Notes under the pieces: generated by a model
The model's input: the letters and a program-made list of their open reading frames with translations, nothing else
The model's database searches: none
Told to the model about the DNA's origin: nothing
Position numbers and translations under genes: made by a program
Assembly (NCBI GenBank): GCA_934277945.1
Contig: CAKQWA010000002.1
Location: 98,410-162,409, forward strand
Direction of reading: 5' to 3'
Source: an uncultured Alphaproteobacteria bacterium
GTDB lineage: Bacteria; Pseudomonadota; Alphaproteobacteria; CAAGCB01; CAG-977
Length of the DNA stretch: 64,000 nt
In this document: one piece after another, positions 51,891-59,928 of the stretch
Numbering within the stretch: position 1 is the first letter of the stretch
How the letters are laid out: every line of letters starts with the position of its first letter

Positions 51891-54180
51891 CGACTAACTT
51901 TAAAGACCGGAAGAATCATTTTTATGAGATTATGATTTACGAACTCCCCGAGCCGCCTGAAAAGGCGGTTTTATTAATTCTTCAATGGGAGAGTATCATG
52001 GCTTTCACACTTGGAAACAATACGTTGGAAAACTATTTTAAAGAATACACTCTATCGAAAAGCCAATCGCAAGTCTTAAAAGAACTGACTGATTTTCTCC
52101 ATAATTCAGAAGAACGCATTTTTCTATTAAAAGGCTACGCTGGGACAGGTAAAACATTTATCGTAAACGGATTAACCGATTTTCTGACAAGTCAAGGACG
52201 CTGTTTCCATTTAGCTGCTCCTACGGGAAAAGCCGCACAGGTACTTGCTCAAAAGGCGCAAGCGGATGCTGGAACTCTTCACAGCCTGATTTATAATATA
52301 AACGGAATGAAAGAATTTAAGACGGAAGATCTTGAAAATTCAGAAACTTACCGTTTCTATGCAAATCTCAAAATCAATGACGATCCGGCAAACACAGTGT
52401 ATATCGTGGATGAAGCATCTATGATATCAGACAGCGACAGCGAAGCTGAATTTATTAAATTCGGTAGCGGAAAGCTTCTTTCCGACTTTTTAGAATATGT
52501 AAATTTGGACAATAATGATCACGATAAAAAAATAATTTTTTTGGGAGATCCCGCTCAATTACCACCAGTAGTGAACGCCGGCAAAAAGGATTTTTCGCCG
52601 GCTTTATCTGCCGAATATTTAAAAAACTGTATTCACGGCGCGCCCTCTCGCGAATTTTTAATGACAGACATCGTTCGGCAAAAAAAAGAAAGCGGTATAT
52701 TGAAGTTTGCAATGCAAATCAGAGAAGGAATAGAAAAAAGCGACTTTTATAAACTGTATGTTGCTCCGGATTCGCTCGATATTCAAATTACATCGGATTT
52801 CGACAGCACTTTTAAAATGGCATGGAATGAATCAAAAAACAGTATGGTCATTGCCAGAACAAATGAAAAGGTGGCATTGCTCAATCAGTCTGTCAGAAAA
52901 TATCGCTTTCCAAATGCACCTCTTCATTCGTCAGGAAAAACCGTTTTACAGAAGGGGGATAAGATAATAGTCACAAAAACGGTGATTACAAAAAACCATG
53001 CCGTCTACAATGGAGATTTCGGTCTTATATCCGCCATTAAAGAAAGTGTTGAGCTGCCAGCGCCTGTATCCGTAAAAAATGCCGAAACAGGTCAAACGGA
53101 TACAAAAAACGTAACTGTCATATACAGAAAAGTCGATTTGACACTTAAAGATACAGACGGAAAAAAATTTGTAATTCAGAATGTTTATATCATTGAGAAT
53201 CTTCTTTACAATAATCAGCCCGACTTGTCTTCCTATGAAAAGAAATCGCAATACATAAACTTTAAGAAGCGAATGATTGAAAACGGCATAAAGCCAAATT
53301 CGGAAGAATTTAAAAGATGCTTGGAGATTGACCCGTTTTTCAACGCTTTTTGCGTAAAATTCGGATATGCAATCACGTGCCATAAAGCGCAAGGAAGCGA
53401 ATGGGATATTATTATCGCAGACACGTCTGTCCCAAATAAAAACAAATCGGAATATTTTCATTGGCTGTACACGGCAGTAACCCGTTCTCAACAGAAATTA
53501 TATCTTCTAAACTTCAAAAATATGGATATAGGAAGTACAATTAAAACGCCCCTCAATTTCGGAAAAGAGGAAACAGCCGTTCAGAACGAACTTGCGTCCC
53601 AAAACACGCAAGACAAAAATATAAATGCCGAAGAAACGCCTTTATCAAAGATTAAAAGATTCGTTTCATCCGCACTTAAAGAATCTGGCATCAAAATAAT
53701 CTCACAAAAATCAAACAACTATATGGAAGAATACACTTTCCAAGAAGGCAGTTCTGTTGCAATATTTCAAATATATTATAATGGAAAGTTTTTCATCACT
53801 AACATTACACCAAAATTCTGTGACGATTTTTCTGAAAAAGTTTTAAGAAAAATCAGTAGGTTATGCGGATGTTATATCGGAAACGTCACAATTAACAAGG
53901 TAGTATTGGCTGAAAATTTTAAAAAAGATTTTAACAACAGGATATCAAAAATTGCGGAAAGAAACGGTTTCTGTATTATGGATTTGGAAGAAATCCAGTC
54001 TGCACTTCGTTATACCTTTTTTAAAAATGATCGGATTTGTGTTTTGGATTTTCCATTTAAATCAGCACAAACTTTTGAAGCGGCGCCTATGGTTATCAAA
54101 AAATTGTCATCATCCGATAAAGAAGCGCAAGAACTAGCGTGTTTAATCGTAAATTCTTTGCGGGAGTGTTGAAAACCATC
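51880..54180 (+). mobile_element. ~2.3 kb low-GC (~35-38% vs ~60% background) genomic islet inserted between tRNA-Glu and nfo, carrying one helicase gene
   Basis: Abrupt compositional shift visible in the sequence, tRNA-adjacent location, and a hairpin ccgcctgaaaaggcgg at the left edge (51951-51975). No integrase or clear direct repeats found. Confidence 0.5.
51998..54172 (+). CDS. RecD/Dda-like SF1B DNA helicase (about 724 aa) with an uncharacterised ~240-aa C-terminal domain
   Basis: Start chosen at MAFTLGNNT (RBS gggagag 5 nt upstream; alternative upstream ATG at 51863). Walker A GYAGTGKTF, Walker B IVDEASMI, RecD motif III FLGDPAQLPPV, motif VI AITCHKAQGSEWD. C-terminal region is Asn/Lys/Ile-rich with CGC and CDD motifs. 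Confidence 0.85.
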   Translation: MAFTLGNNTLENYFKEYTLSKSQSQVLKELTDFLHNSEERIFLLKGYAGTGKTFIVNGLTDFLTSQGRCFHLAAPTGKAAQVLAQKAQADAGTLHSLIYNINGMKEFKTEDLENSETYRFYANLKINDDPANTVYIVDEASMISDSDSEAEFIKFGSGKLLSDFLEYVNLDNNDHDKKIIFLGDPAQLPPVVNAGKKDFSPALSAEYLKNCIHGAPSREFLMTDIVRQKKESGILKFAMQIREGIEKSDFYKLYVAPDSLDIQITSDFDSTFKMAWNESKNSMVIARTNEKVALLNQSVRKYRFPNAPLHSSGKTVLQKGDKIIVTKTVITKNHAVYNGDFGLISAIKESVELPAPVSVKNAETGQTDTKNVTVIYRKVDLTLKDTDGKKFVIQNVYIIENLLYNNQPDLSSYEKKSQYINFKKRMIENGIKPNSEEFKRCLEIDPFFNAFCVKFGYAITCHKAQGSEWDIIIADTSVPNKNKSEYFHWLYTAVTRSQQKLYLLNFKNMDIGSTIKTPLNFGKEETAVQNELASQNTQDKNINAEETPLSKIKRFVSSALKESGIKIISQKSNNYMEEYTFQEGSSVAIFQIYYNGKFFITNITPKFCDDFSEKVLRKISRLCGCYIGNVTINKVVLAENFKKDFNNRISKIAERNGFCIMDLEEIQSALRYTFFKNDRICVLDFPFKSAQTFEAAPMVIKKLSSSDKEAQELACLIVNSLREC

Positions 54181-54196
54181 ACGAGTTGATAAAATT

Positions 54197-55039
54197 CTAT
54201 TCCCGCCAAGATTTCAGCAAGGCGATTTCCCGCGCGTAGCCGTCCAATTCGTTCGGCGTTTCCAGATAGAACGGCAAATCCCTTAACAGCGGGTGGTTGA
54301 TCAGGCGTTTGAGCGCGGGCGCGCCGATGTGTCCCCGTCCGAGTTTTTCGTGTCTGTCCTTATGCGAGCCGAGCGGATTCTTACTGTCGTTCAAGTGAAC
54401 CGCTTTCAGCCGTTTCAGTCCGATGATTTCGTCAAAATCTTTCAGCACGCCGTCAAGGTCGTTCACGACGTCGTATCCCGCGTCGAAAACGTGGCAGGTG
54501 TCAAGGCACACGCCGACTTTATCCGACAATTTCACGCGGTCGATGATCGCGCGCAACGCCTCGAATTTCCCGCCGACTTCCGTCCCTTTGCCCGCCATGG
54601 TTTCCAAAAGCACGGTCGTCGTTTGGCTTTCGGTCAAAATGCCGTTCAAAACTTGCGCGATTTTTTCAATCCCCGTTTCAATCCCCTGCCCGACGTGCGC
54701 GCCGGCGTGGAAATTGTAGTAATTGTGCGGCAGATGCTCCATGCGTTTTAAATCGTCCGCCAGCGTGTCGAAAGCGAACTGACGCGTGTCTTCGTCGGCG
54801 GCGCAGGCGTTCAGCGTGTACGGCGCGTGCGCGAGCAATTTGCCGAAACCGTTTTCTTGCGCCGTTTTCAAAAGTTTCGCAACGTCCGCTTCGTCAATCG
54901 CTTTCGCTTTGGCGCCGCGCGGGTTGCGCGTGAAAAACTGAAACACGTTCGCGCCGATTTTCAGCGCCGCGTCGCCCATTGCGGCGAAACCCTTGGCGCA
55001 TGACAAATGACATCCGACGTAAAACACGGCTTTCTCCAT
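54197..55039 (-). CDS. nfo: endonuclease IV (AP endonuclease family 2)
   Basis: 280 aa, TIM-barrel Nfo motifs (HAPYTLN, CLDTCH, HLNDSK). Confidence 0.92.
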   Translation of the reverse strand: MEKAVFYVGCHLSCAKGFAAMGDAALKIGANVFQFFTRNPRGAKAKAIDEADVAKLLKTAQENGFGKLLAHAPYTLNACAADEDTRQFAFDTLADDLKRMEHLPHNYYNFHAGAHVGQGIETGIEKIAQVLNGILTESQTTTVLLETMAGKGTEVGGKFEALRAIIDRVKLSDKVGVCLDTCHVFDAGYDVVNDLDGVLKDFDEIIGLKRLKAVHLNDSKNPLGSHKDRHEKLGRGHIGAPALKRLINHPLLRDLPFYLETPNELDGYAREIALLKSWRE

Positions 55040-55076
55040 ACAATTCAGCCCCTTGTGTCAAGGGGCCGGACTAAAA

Positions 55077-55841
55077 TTATTTTTTCACGGGCTTTGCGCG
55101 GAATTGCGCGTTCAGCGGTTCGATTTCCTTCAAGATTTCGTACAAGGGGAAGCCCTTTGCCAAATCGGTGAACGCCTTGACGTCTTTCGGGAAGCACTTG
55201 CCGCCGTAGCCGAACGATCCGTCGGGACCGGGGACGCTGGTGTGCGTCGGCGAAATGTATTTGCTTAACAAAATGCCCTGACGCACCACGTCGAAGTCGC
55301 ATCCGTTCTTTTCGCAATAATCGTAAACGGCGTTGAAATACGTTACTTTCAGCGCGCCGAAAACGTTGTGAACGTACTTGATGACTTCCGCTTCTTTCGA
55401 GGTCGCGATGATGTGCGCCTTGTTCGGAAACACTTTTTTGAGCAAATCGTAGTGCGCGGTGAACACCATCGGTTGAGAACAGAAATCTTCGTAAGCCGTG
55501 CGTTCGGTCAAAAATTCGGGCATGAAATAAATCGGTTTGCCGAATTCTTTTGCCAAAGCGTCGCACGTTCCCGTCTTCATCGTCGTGCGGATGAAAATGG
55601 GCACGTTCGGCAATTTCGCCAGAATGGACTTCAACAGCGTCAAATCCTGCGAGCCGTCCGCTTCCGTAATGATGTGCAACTGAATGAAAACGACGTCGGC
55701 TTCGCTTAAATCGTCGTTCATGTTTTTCGGGGGATCGGAACACAAAACGGTGTGATTCGTATGCGTTTCCAGCCATTTTTTCATCACGCCGCCCAAAACG
55801 CCGACGCCGACCAGACCGACTTTCAATTTTTCTTCCGACAT
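55077..55841 (-). CDS. short (254 aa) UDP-glucose/GDP-mannose dehydrogenase-family protein lacking the C-terminal UDP-binding domain
   Basis: N-terminal Rossmann GLVGVGVLGG and catalytic-Cys motif GYGGKCFPKD. Ends about 150 aa earlier than canonical UGDH. Confidence 0.6.
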   Translation of the reverse strand: MSEEKLKVGLVGVGVLGGVMKKWLETHTNHTVLCSDPPKNMNDDLSEADVVFIQLHIITEADGSQDLTLLKSILAKLPNVPIFIRTTMKTGTCDALAKEFGKPIYFMPEFLTERTAYEDFCSQPMVFTAHYDLLKKVFPNKAHIIATSKEAEVIKYVHNVFGALKVTYFNAVYDYCEKNGCDFDVVRQGILLSKYISPTHTSVPGPDGSFGYGGKCFPKDVKAFTDLAKGFPLYEILKEIEPLNAQFRAKPVKK

Positions 55842-56990
55842 TTATTTCGCCTCATATTTTGTAAGCAACTCTTGATAAATACCAAGCGTTTTATCGCAAA
55901 GCAACTGTATTGTGAAATTTTTGCGCACAAAAGCGGCGGCGGCTTCGCGCATTTTCTGCTTTTCGGCGTCGGGCAGGTCGATCATCGCGTCGAGTTTTTC
56001 AGCCAAATCCGCCGCGTCCGACGGCTTGAAGTGCATCCCCGTCACGTTGTGTTCGATTGTTTCCGCCGCGCCGCCGTAGTTCGCGCCGACCACCAAAGCC
56101 CCCATCAACTGCGCTTCGGGGATTGTGCGTCCGAACGCTTCGGGCTTTGTCGTCGCGGAAATGACGATATCCGCCAGCATATACGCCGCCGGCATCTGCG
56201 AGCATCCGCCCGTCAGAAGCACTTTGCCCGTCAGCCCGCGCTTTTCGATTTCGGCTTTCAGTTCGTCCGTGTATTCCGTCTTGCCCTGATCGCCGCCGAC
56301 GAACAGGCACTGCACGTCGTCCTTGTGCCGCATTTGCGCCAGCGCGTCCATGACCAGATGATGCCCCTTGATGCGCGTCAGCCGTCCGGGGAGCATCAAA
56401 ATCGTTTTGGATGTGTCAATCCCCCATTTTTCAGCCAGAGCGCGCCGTTCCTCTTCGGAAACTTTCGCGGGGTCGAACAAATCCGTTTCTGCGCCGCGGC
56501 AGACCAGACGGATTTTTTCATCGGGCACGCCGTAATTTTCTTTGATGTGGTTCGCGATGTGCTTCGACACGGCGATGACCAAATCCCCCGACAGCATGAC
56601 GCGGTTGTAGGGCTTTTTAATCCACGCGGGCTTAATGCCGTAAGTGCCGTGATACGTCGCCAGAAAAGCGATGTTTTTAAACGGTTTCAGCGCGATTTTC
56701 GCCGTCCACGCAGGCGCGCGGGAGCGGACGTGCACGACGCCGACGTTTTCGTCCCTGAACACTTTGCGCAGTTTCAGCGCGGTCAGGAACATCACGAACG
56801 GATTTTTGGAATGCACGGGAAGCGTGACGTGCTTCACGCCCGCCTTTTCCAGTTCGGCGACCAGTTTGCCGCCCGAAGACACGACCAGATTCGGCATCCC
56901 CGCTTTTTGCAGGGCGTTCGCGATTTCAAGCGTGCCGCGTTCGACGCCGCCCGAATCCAGCGCGGGCAAAATCTGACAAACCGATCTCAT
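55842..56990 (-). CDS. glycosyltransferase family 4 (GT-B, 382 aa)
   Basis: GT4 motifs (conserved Glu in EAFGRTIPEAQLMGALVVGAN); immediately upstream of the dehydrogenase-like gene. Confidence 0.8.
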   Translation of the reverse strand: MRSVCQILPALDSGGVERGTLEIANALQKAGMPNLVVSSGGKLVAELEKAGVKHVTLPVHSKNPFVMFLTALKLRKVFRDENVGVVHVRSRAPAWTAKIALKPFKNIAFLATYHGTYGIKPAWIKKPYNRVMLSGDLVIAVSKHIANHIKENYGVPDEKIRLVCRGAETDLFDPAKVSEEERRALAEKWGIDTSKTILMLPGRLTRIKGHHLVMDALAQMRHKDDVQCLFVGGDQGKTEYTDELKAEIEKRGLTGKVLLTGGCSQMPAAYMLADIVISATTKPEAFGRTIPEAQLMGALVVGANYGGAAETIEHNVTGMHFKPSDAADLAEKLDAMIDLPDAEKQKMREAAAAFVRKNFTIQLLCDKTLGIYQELLTKYEAK

Positions 56991-57001
56991 GGCAATCCCC
57001 C

Positions 57002-58477
57002 TTATTCCTCGTCAAAGCGCACTTCTTCAATCCAGTTGCCGAAGCGCGTGTATTCCTTTTCAAAAAACAGCGGAATGGTCGCCGTGGGACCGTGGCGCTG
57101 TTTGCCGATAATCAGTTCGGCTTTTTTCTGCACTGCCTGTTTTTTGGCTTCGATTTTGTTCTGCCGTTCCTGAAATTTCGCGTCGTTTTCGTTTTGACGC
57201 TGCTGCGGTTCTTCCTTTTCCAAATAGTAGATTTCGCGGAAAATGAACATCACCGCGTCCGCGTCCTGTTCAATGGAGCCGGATTCGCGCAAATCGGACA
57301 GTTGCGGACGTTTGTCCTCGCGTTCTTCGACTTTGCGGGAAAGTTGTGACAAGACCAGCACCGGCACGCTCAATTCTTTCGCCATCATCTTCAAGCCGCG
57401 CGTGATTTCGGACAAGGACTGCACGCGGTTTTCGTGATGCAGGGTGTCGGAATCGTCAATCAGTTGCAAATAGTCGATGACAATCAGCCCCAAGCCCCTG
57501 TTCGCGTCGCTTTTCATGCGGCGGGCGCGCGTGCGAATGGCGGCGACGGTCAGCGCGGGCGTTTCGTCGACGTACAAAGGCAGTTTCTGCAAATGCTCCG
57601 CCAGTCCCGCCAAGCGCGTGAATTCTTCGGGCTTGACCTTGCCGTTGCGCAGGTTGTGCGACGAAATTTGCGCTTCGGTCGCCAAAATGCGCCCCGCCAG
57701 CTGATCGGCGGACATTTCCAGAGAGAAAAACGCCACGCCTTTCTTTTCCTTGCCCGCTTTCGCCTGTTCGTAAAAATACGACGCCGTGTTAAACGCCAGA
57801 CAAGTCGCCAGCGCGGTTTTGCCCATGGCGGGACGCCCCGCCAAAATCAGCAGGTCGGAATCGTGCAGACCGCCCATCGCCTTGTCCAAATCGCGAAAGC
57901 CCGTCGTCACGCCCGAAATGCCGTCGGGGTTCATCATCGCGCTTGCCGTCGCCTGAATCACCTTTGTCAAGGGAACGGAAAATTCCTGCGGACCGCCGTC
58001 AAGTTCGCCCTTTTCAGACAGTCTGAACAACTGCTGTTCGGCAAGGTCGATTTGCTTTTTCGCGTCCTTGTCCACGGAAATTTCGTACGCGCCGTTGACG
58101 ATGTTCGTGCCGAAATCAATCAGTTGGCGGCGCAAATAGCGGTCGAAAATCAGGCGGGCGTAGTCCCCCGCGTTGATAATGGCGGGATTCGAGCCGACCA
58201 GTTCCATCAGGTACGCCATGCCGCCGACCTGATCCAGCGTGCCGTCCGCCGAGAAAAATCCTTTAAGCGTAATGGGGTCGGCGATGTGTCCGCGCTTGTA
58301 CAAAGACAGCGCCGCGTCGTAAATGCGCGCGTGCACGGGCGATGAAAAATGTTCGGGACGCAAAAATTCGGACACTTTTTCAAAAGCGGCGTTGTTCGAC
58401 AATAAAGCGCCCAACAGCGCCTGTTCCGCTTCCAGATTCTGCGGCGGAACGCGCTCGGCGGCGGTTGTTTCCATCAC
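57002..58477 (-). CDS. dnaB: replicative DNA helicase DnaB
   Basis: 491 aa, Walker A GRPAMGKT, Walker B IVIDYLQL, N-terminal DnaB domain. Confidence 0.97.
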   Translation of the reverse strand: MMETTAAERVPPQNLEAEQALLGALLSNNAAFEKVSEFLRPEHFSSPVHARIYDAALSLYKRGHIADPITLKGFFSADGTLDQVGGMAYLMELVGSNPAIINAGDYARLIFDRYLRRQLIDFGTNIVNGAYEISVDKDAKKQIDLAEQQLFRLSEKGELDGGPQEFSVPLTKVIQATASAMMNPDGISGVTTGFRDLDKAMGGLHDSDLLILAGRPAMGKTALATCLAFNTASYFYEQAKAGKEKKGVAFFSLEMSADQLAGRILATEAQISSHNLRNGKVKPEEFTRLAGLAEHLQKLPLYVDETPALTVAAIRTRARRMKSDANRGLGLIVIDYLQLIDDSDTLHHENRVQSLSEITRGLKMMAKELSVPVLVLSQLSRKVEEREDKRPQLSDLRESGSIEQDADAVMFIFREIYYLEKEEPQQRQNENDAKFQERQNKIEAKKQAVQKKAELIIGKQRHGPTATIPLFFEKEYTRFGNWIEEVRFDEE

Positions 58478-58516
58478 ATTCCCCTAAAAAATCAAAATAT
58501 GTTTTAAATAATCGCA

Positions 58517-58548
58517 AACGGCGAAACGCGTTGAAACGTTCCGCCGTT
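58517..58548 (-). terminator. putative terminator/hairpin downstream of rplI
   Basis: 12-bp near-perfect stem aacggcgaaacg / cgttccgccgtt with an 8-nt loop. Followed in minus sense by tgcgattatttaaaac, a weak U-tract. Confidence 0.4.
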
Positions 58549-58581
58549 CGACTTTATCAGTTCTTGCACGCGAGCCGGGAA

Positions 58582-59127
58582 TCAGACGGCGGCTTCGGCA
58601 GGCGCTTCGGCGGCTTTCGCGGCTTCGGCGGCGGCTTTGGCGGCGGCTTTCGCGGCGGCGGCTTCGTTGCGTTCGATTTCTTCCTGCGAACGCGCGATCA
58701 CCACGTCAACCGTGCGGCTGACATCGGGGTGCAGGGAAATGCGGACGCTGAACGTGCCGATTTCTTTGAACGGCTGATCCAGAATGACCTGACGGCGTTC
58801 AATGTTGAATCCCGCTTCGCGAATCGCGTCGCGAATGTCGCGGCCCGTGACGGAACCGTACAACTGTCCGGTTTCGGCGGCCTGACGGATGACGACCAGT
58901 TTCAAGGACGCCATCTTTTCGGAAATCTGTTCGGCTTCCGCTTTGCGTTTCAGGTTGGCGGCTTCCAGCTGGGCTTTCTGCGCTTCAAAAATCGCGAGGT
59001 TTTCCTTGGAGGAACGCAACGCTTTCTTTTCAGGCAGCAGATAGTTGCGCGCATAACCGGGTTTCACTTTGACGACGTCGCCCATCTGACCCAGTTTTTC
59101 GATACGTTCGAGCAAAATAACTTCCAT
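58582..59127 (-). CDS. rplI: 50S ribosomal protein L9
   Basis: 181 aa with an Ala/Lys-rich C-terminal tail. Confidence 0.93.
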   Translation of the reverse strand: MEVILLERIEKLGQMGDVVKVKPGYARNYLLPEKKALRSSKENLAIFEAQKAQLEAANLKRKAEAEQISEKMASLKLVVIRQAAETGQLYGSVTGRDIRDAIREAGFNIERRQVILDQPFKEIGTFSVRISLHPDVSRTVDVVIARSQEEIERNEAAAAKAAAKAAAEAAKAAEAPAEAAV

Positions 59128-59139
59128 TTATTTTCTCCC

Positions 59140-59373
59140 TTAGTCCATAACGTAAGGCAACAGGCCCAGATAGCGCGCGCGTTTGATCGCTTTCGCCAAT
59201 TCGCGCTGTTTTTTCGCGGAAACGGCGGTAATGCGGCTGGGAATGATTTTACCGCGTTCGGAAACGAAACGCTGCAACAGTTTAATGTCCTTGTAATCAA
59301 TCTTCGGAGCGTCTTTCGCCGCAAAAGGACAAGCCTTGCGGTGACGGATAAAGGGACGACGGATAGCAGGCAT
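59140..59373 (-). CDS. rpsR: 30S ribosomal protein S18
   Basis: 77 aa. Confidence 0.95.
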   Translation of the reverse strand: MPAIRRPFIRHRKACPFAAKDAPKIDYKDIKLLQRFVSERGKIIPSRITAVSAKKQRELAKAIKRARYLGLLPYVMD

Positions 59374-59765
59374 CAGAATTCCTCACTTTCATCTTCGGCA
59401 TCAAATTTGTCATCGAATTTCTTGCGGCCTTTCGTGTCTTTGCCCTTGTAGGACAAGATCGCGGAAGGAGCGTCATCAAGTTCTTCCACACGGACGGACA
59501 GATAGCGGATGACGTCTTCGTCGAAGCGCATCTGGCGTTCCATTTCAATGACCGCGGCGGCGGGCGCGTCGATATTGAACAGCACATAGTAGCCTTTGCG
59601 GTTTTTGTTCATGCGGTAAGCCAGAGTACGCAGACCCCAGTTTTCTTTTTTCGTGACCTTGCCGCCGTTTTCCTTGATGACGTTTTCAAATCTGTCGATC
59701 AAAGCGTCAACCTGAGAGGCAGCAATATCCTGACGTGCGATAAACACGTTTTCGTATAAAGCCAT
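59373..59765 (-). CDS. rpsF: 30S ribosomal protein S6
   Basis: 130 aa with an acidic C-terminal tail. rpsF-rpsR-rplI without ssb is the alphaproteobacterial arrangement. Confidence 0.95.
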   Translation of the reverse strand: MALYENVFIARQDIAASQVDALIDRFENVIKENGGKVTKKENWGLRTLAYRMNKNRKGYYVLFNIDAPAAAVIEMERQMRFDEDVIRYLSVRVEELDDAPSAILSYKGKDTKGRKKFDDKFDAEDESEEF

Positions 59766-59928
59766 TTAACATCTCCTTTTGGCTTATCTCAATCCCGATC
59801 GGGCGGCGTTCCCCATGAATGACGTCCTCGGGACATAGTCGGTCCGTTAACCGACAAGGAGTAACGGAAAGACCTGCACTATATGCGCATTTTTCGCGTT
59901 TGGCAAGCACGATTTTCAAAATCGCCGC

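Noticed and set aside
51612-51935. 107-aa plus-strand ORF between the tRNA-Glu terminator and the helicase
   Set aside because: Starts inside the tRNA terminator, has Arg/Phe-rich composition and no RBS. Only the opposite-strand 62-aa ORF was kept as a low-confidence feature.
52455-53491. Minus-strand ORFs of 85 and 181 aa inside the helicase gene on the low-GC islet
   Set aside because: AT-rich antisense frames (Phe/Ile/Tyr/Cys-rich) fully embedded in a gene with complete helicase motifs.
51517-54200. Search for an integrase or att-site direct repeat defining the islet as an integrative element
   Set aside because: No tyrosine or serine recombinase ORF exists in the interval, and I could not find a convincing repeat of the tRNA-Glu 3' end near 54170-54200. 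The islet is therefore called only on composition and position.
59766-59928. Possible structured S6:S18 autoregulatory leader upstream of rpsF
   Set aside because: A tccgtta...taacgga hairpin and a good RBS are present, but I could not match the element to the conserved S6:S18 leader motif by eye. Left unannotated.
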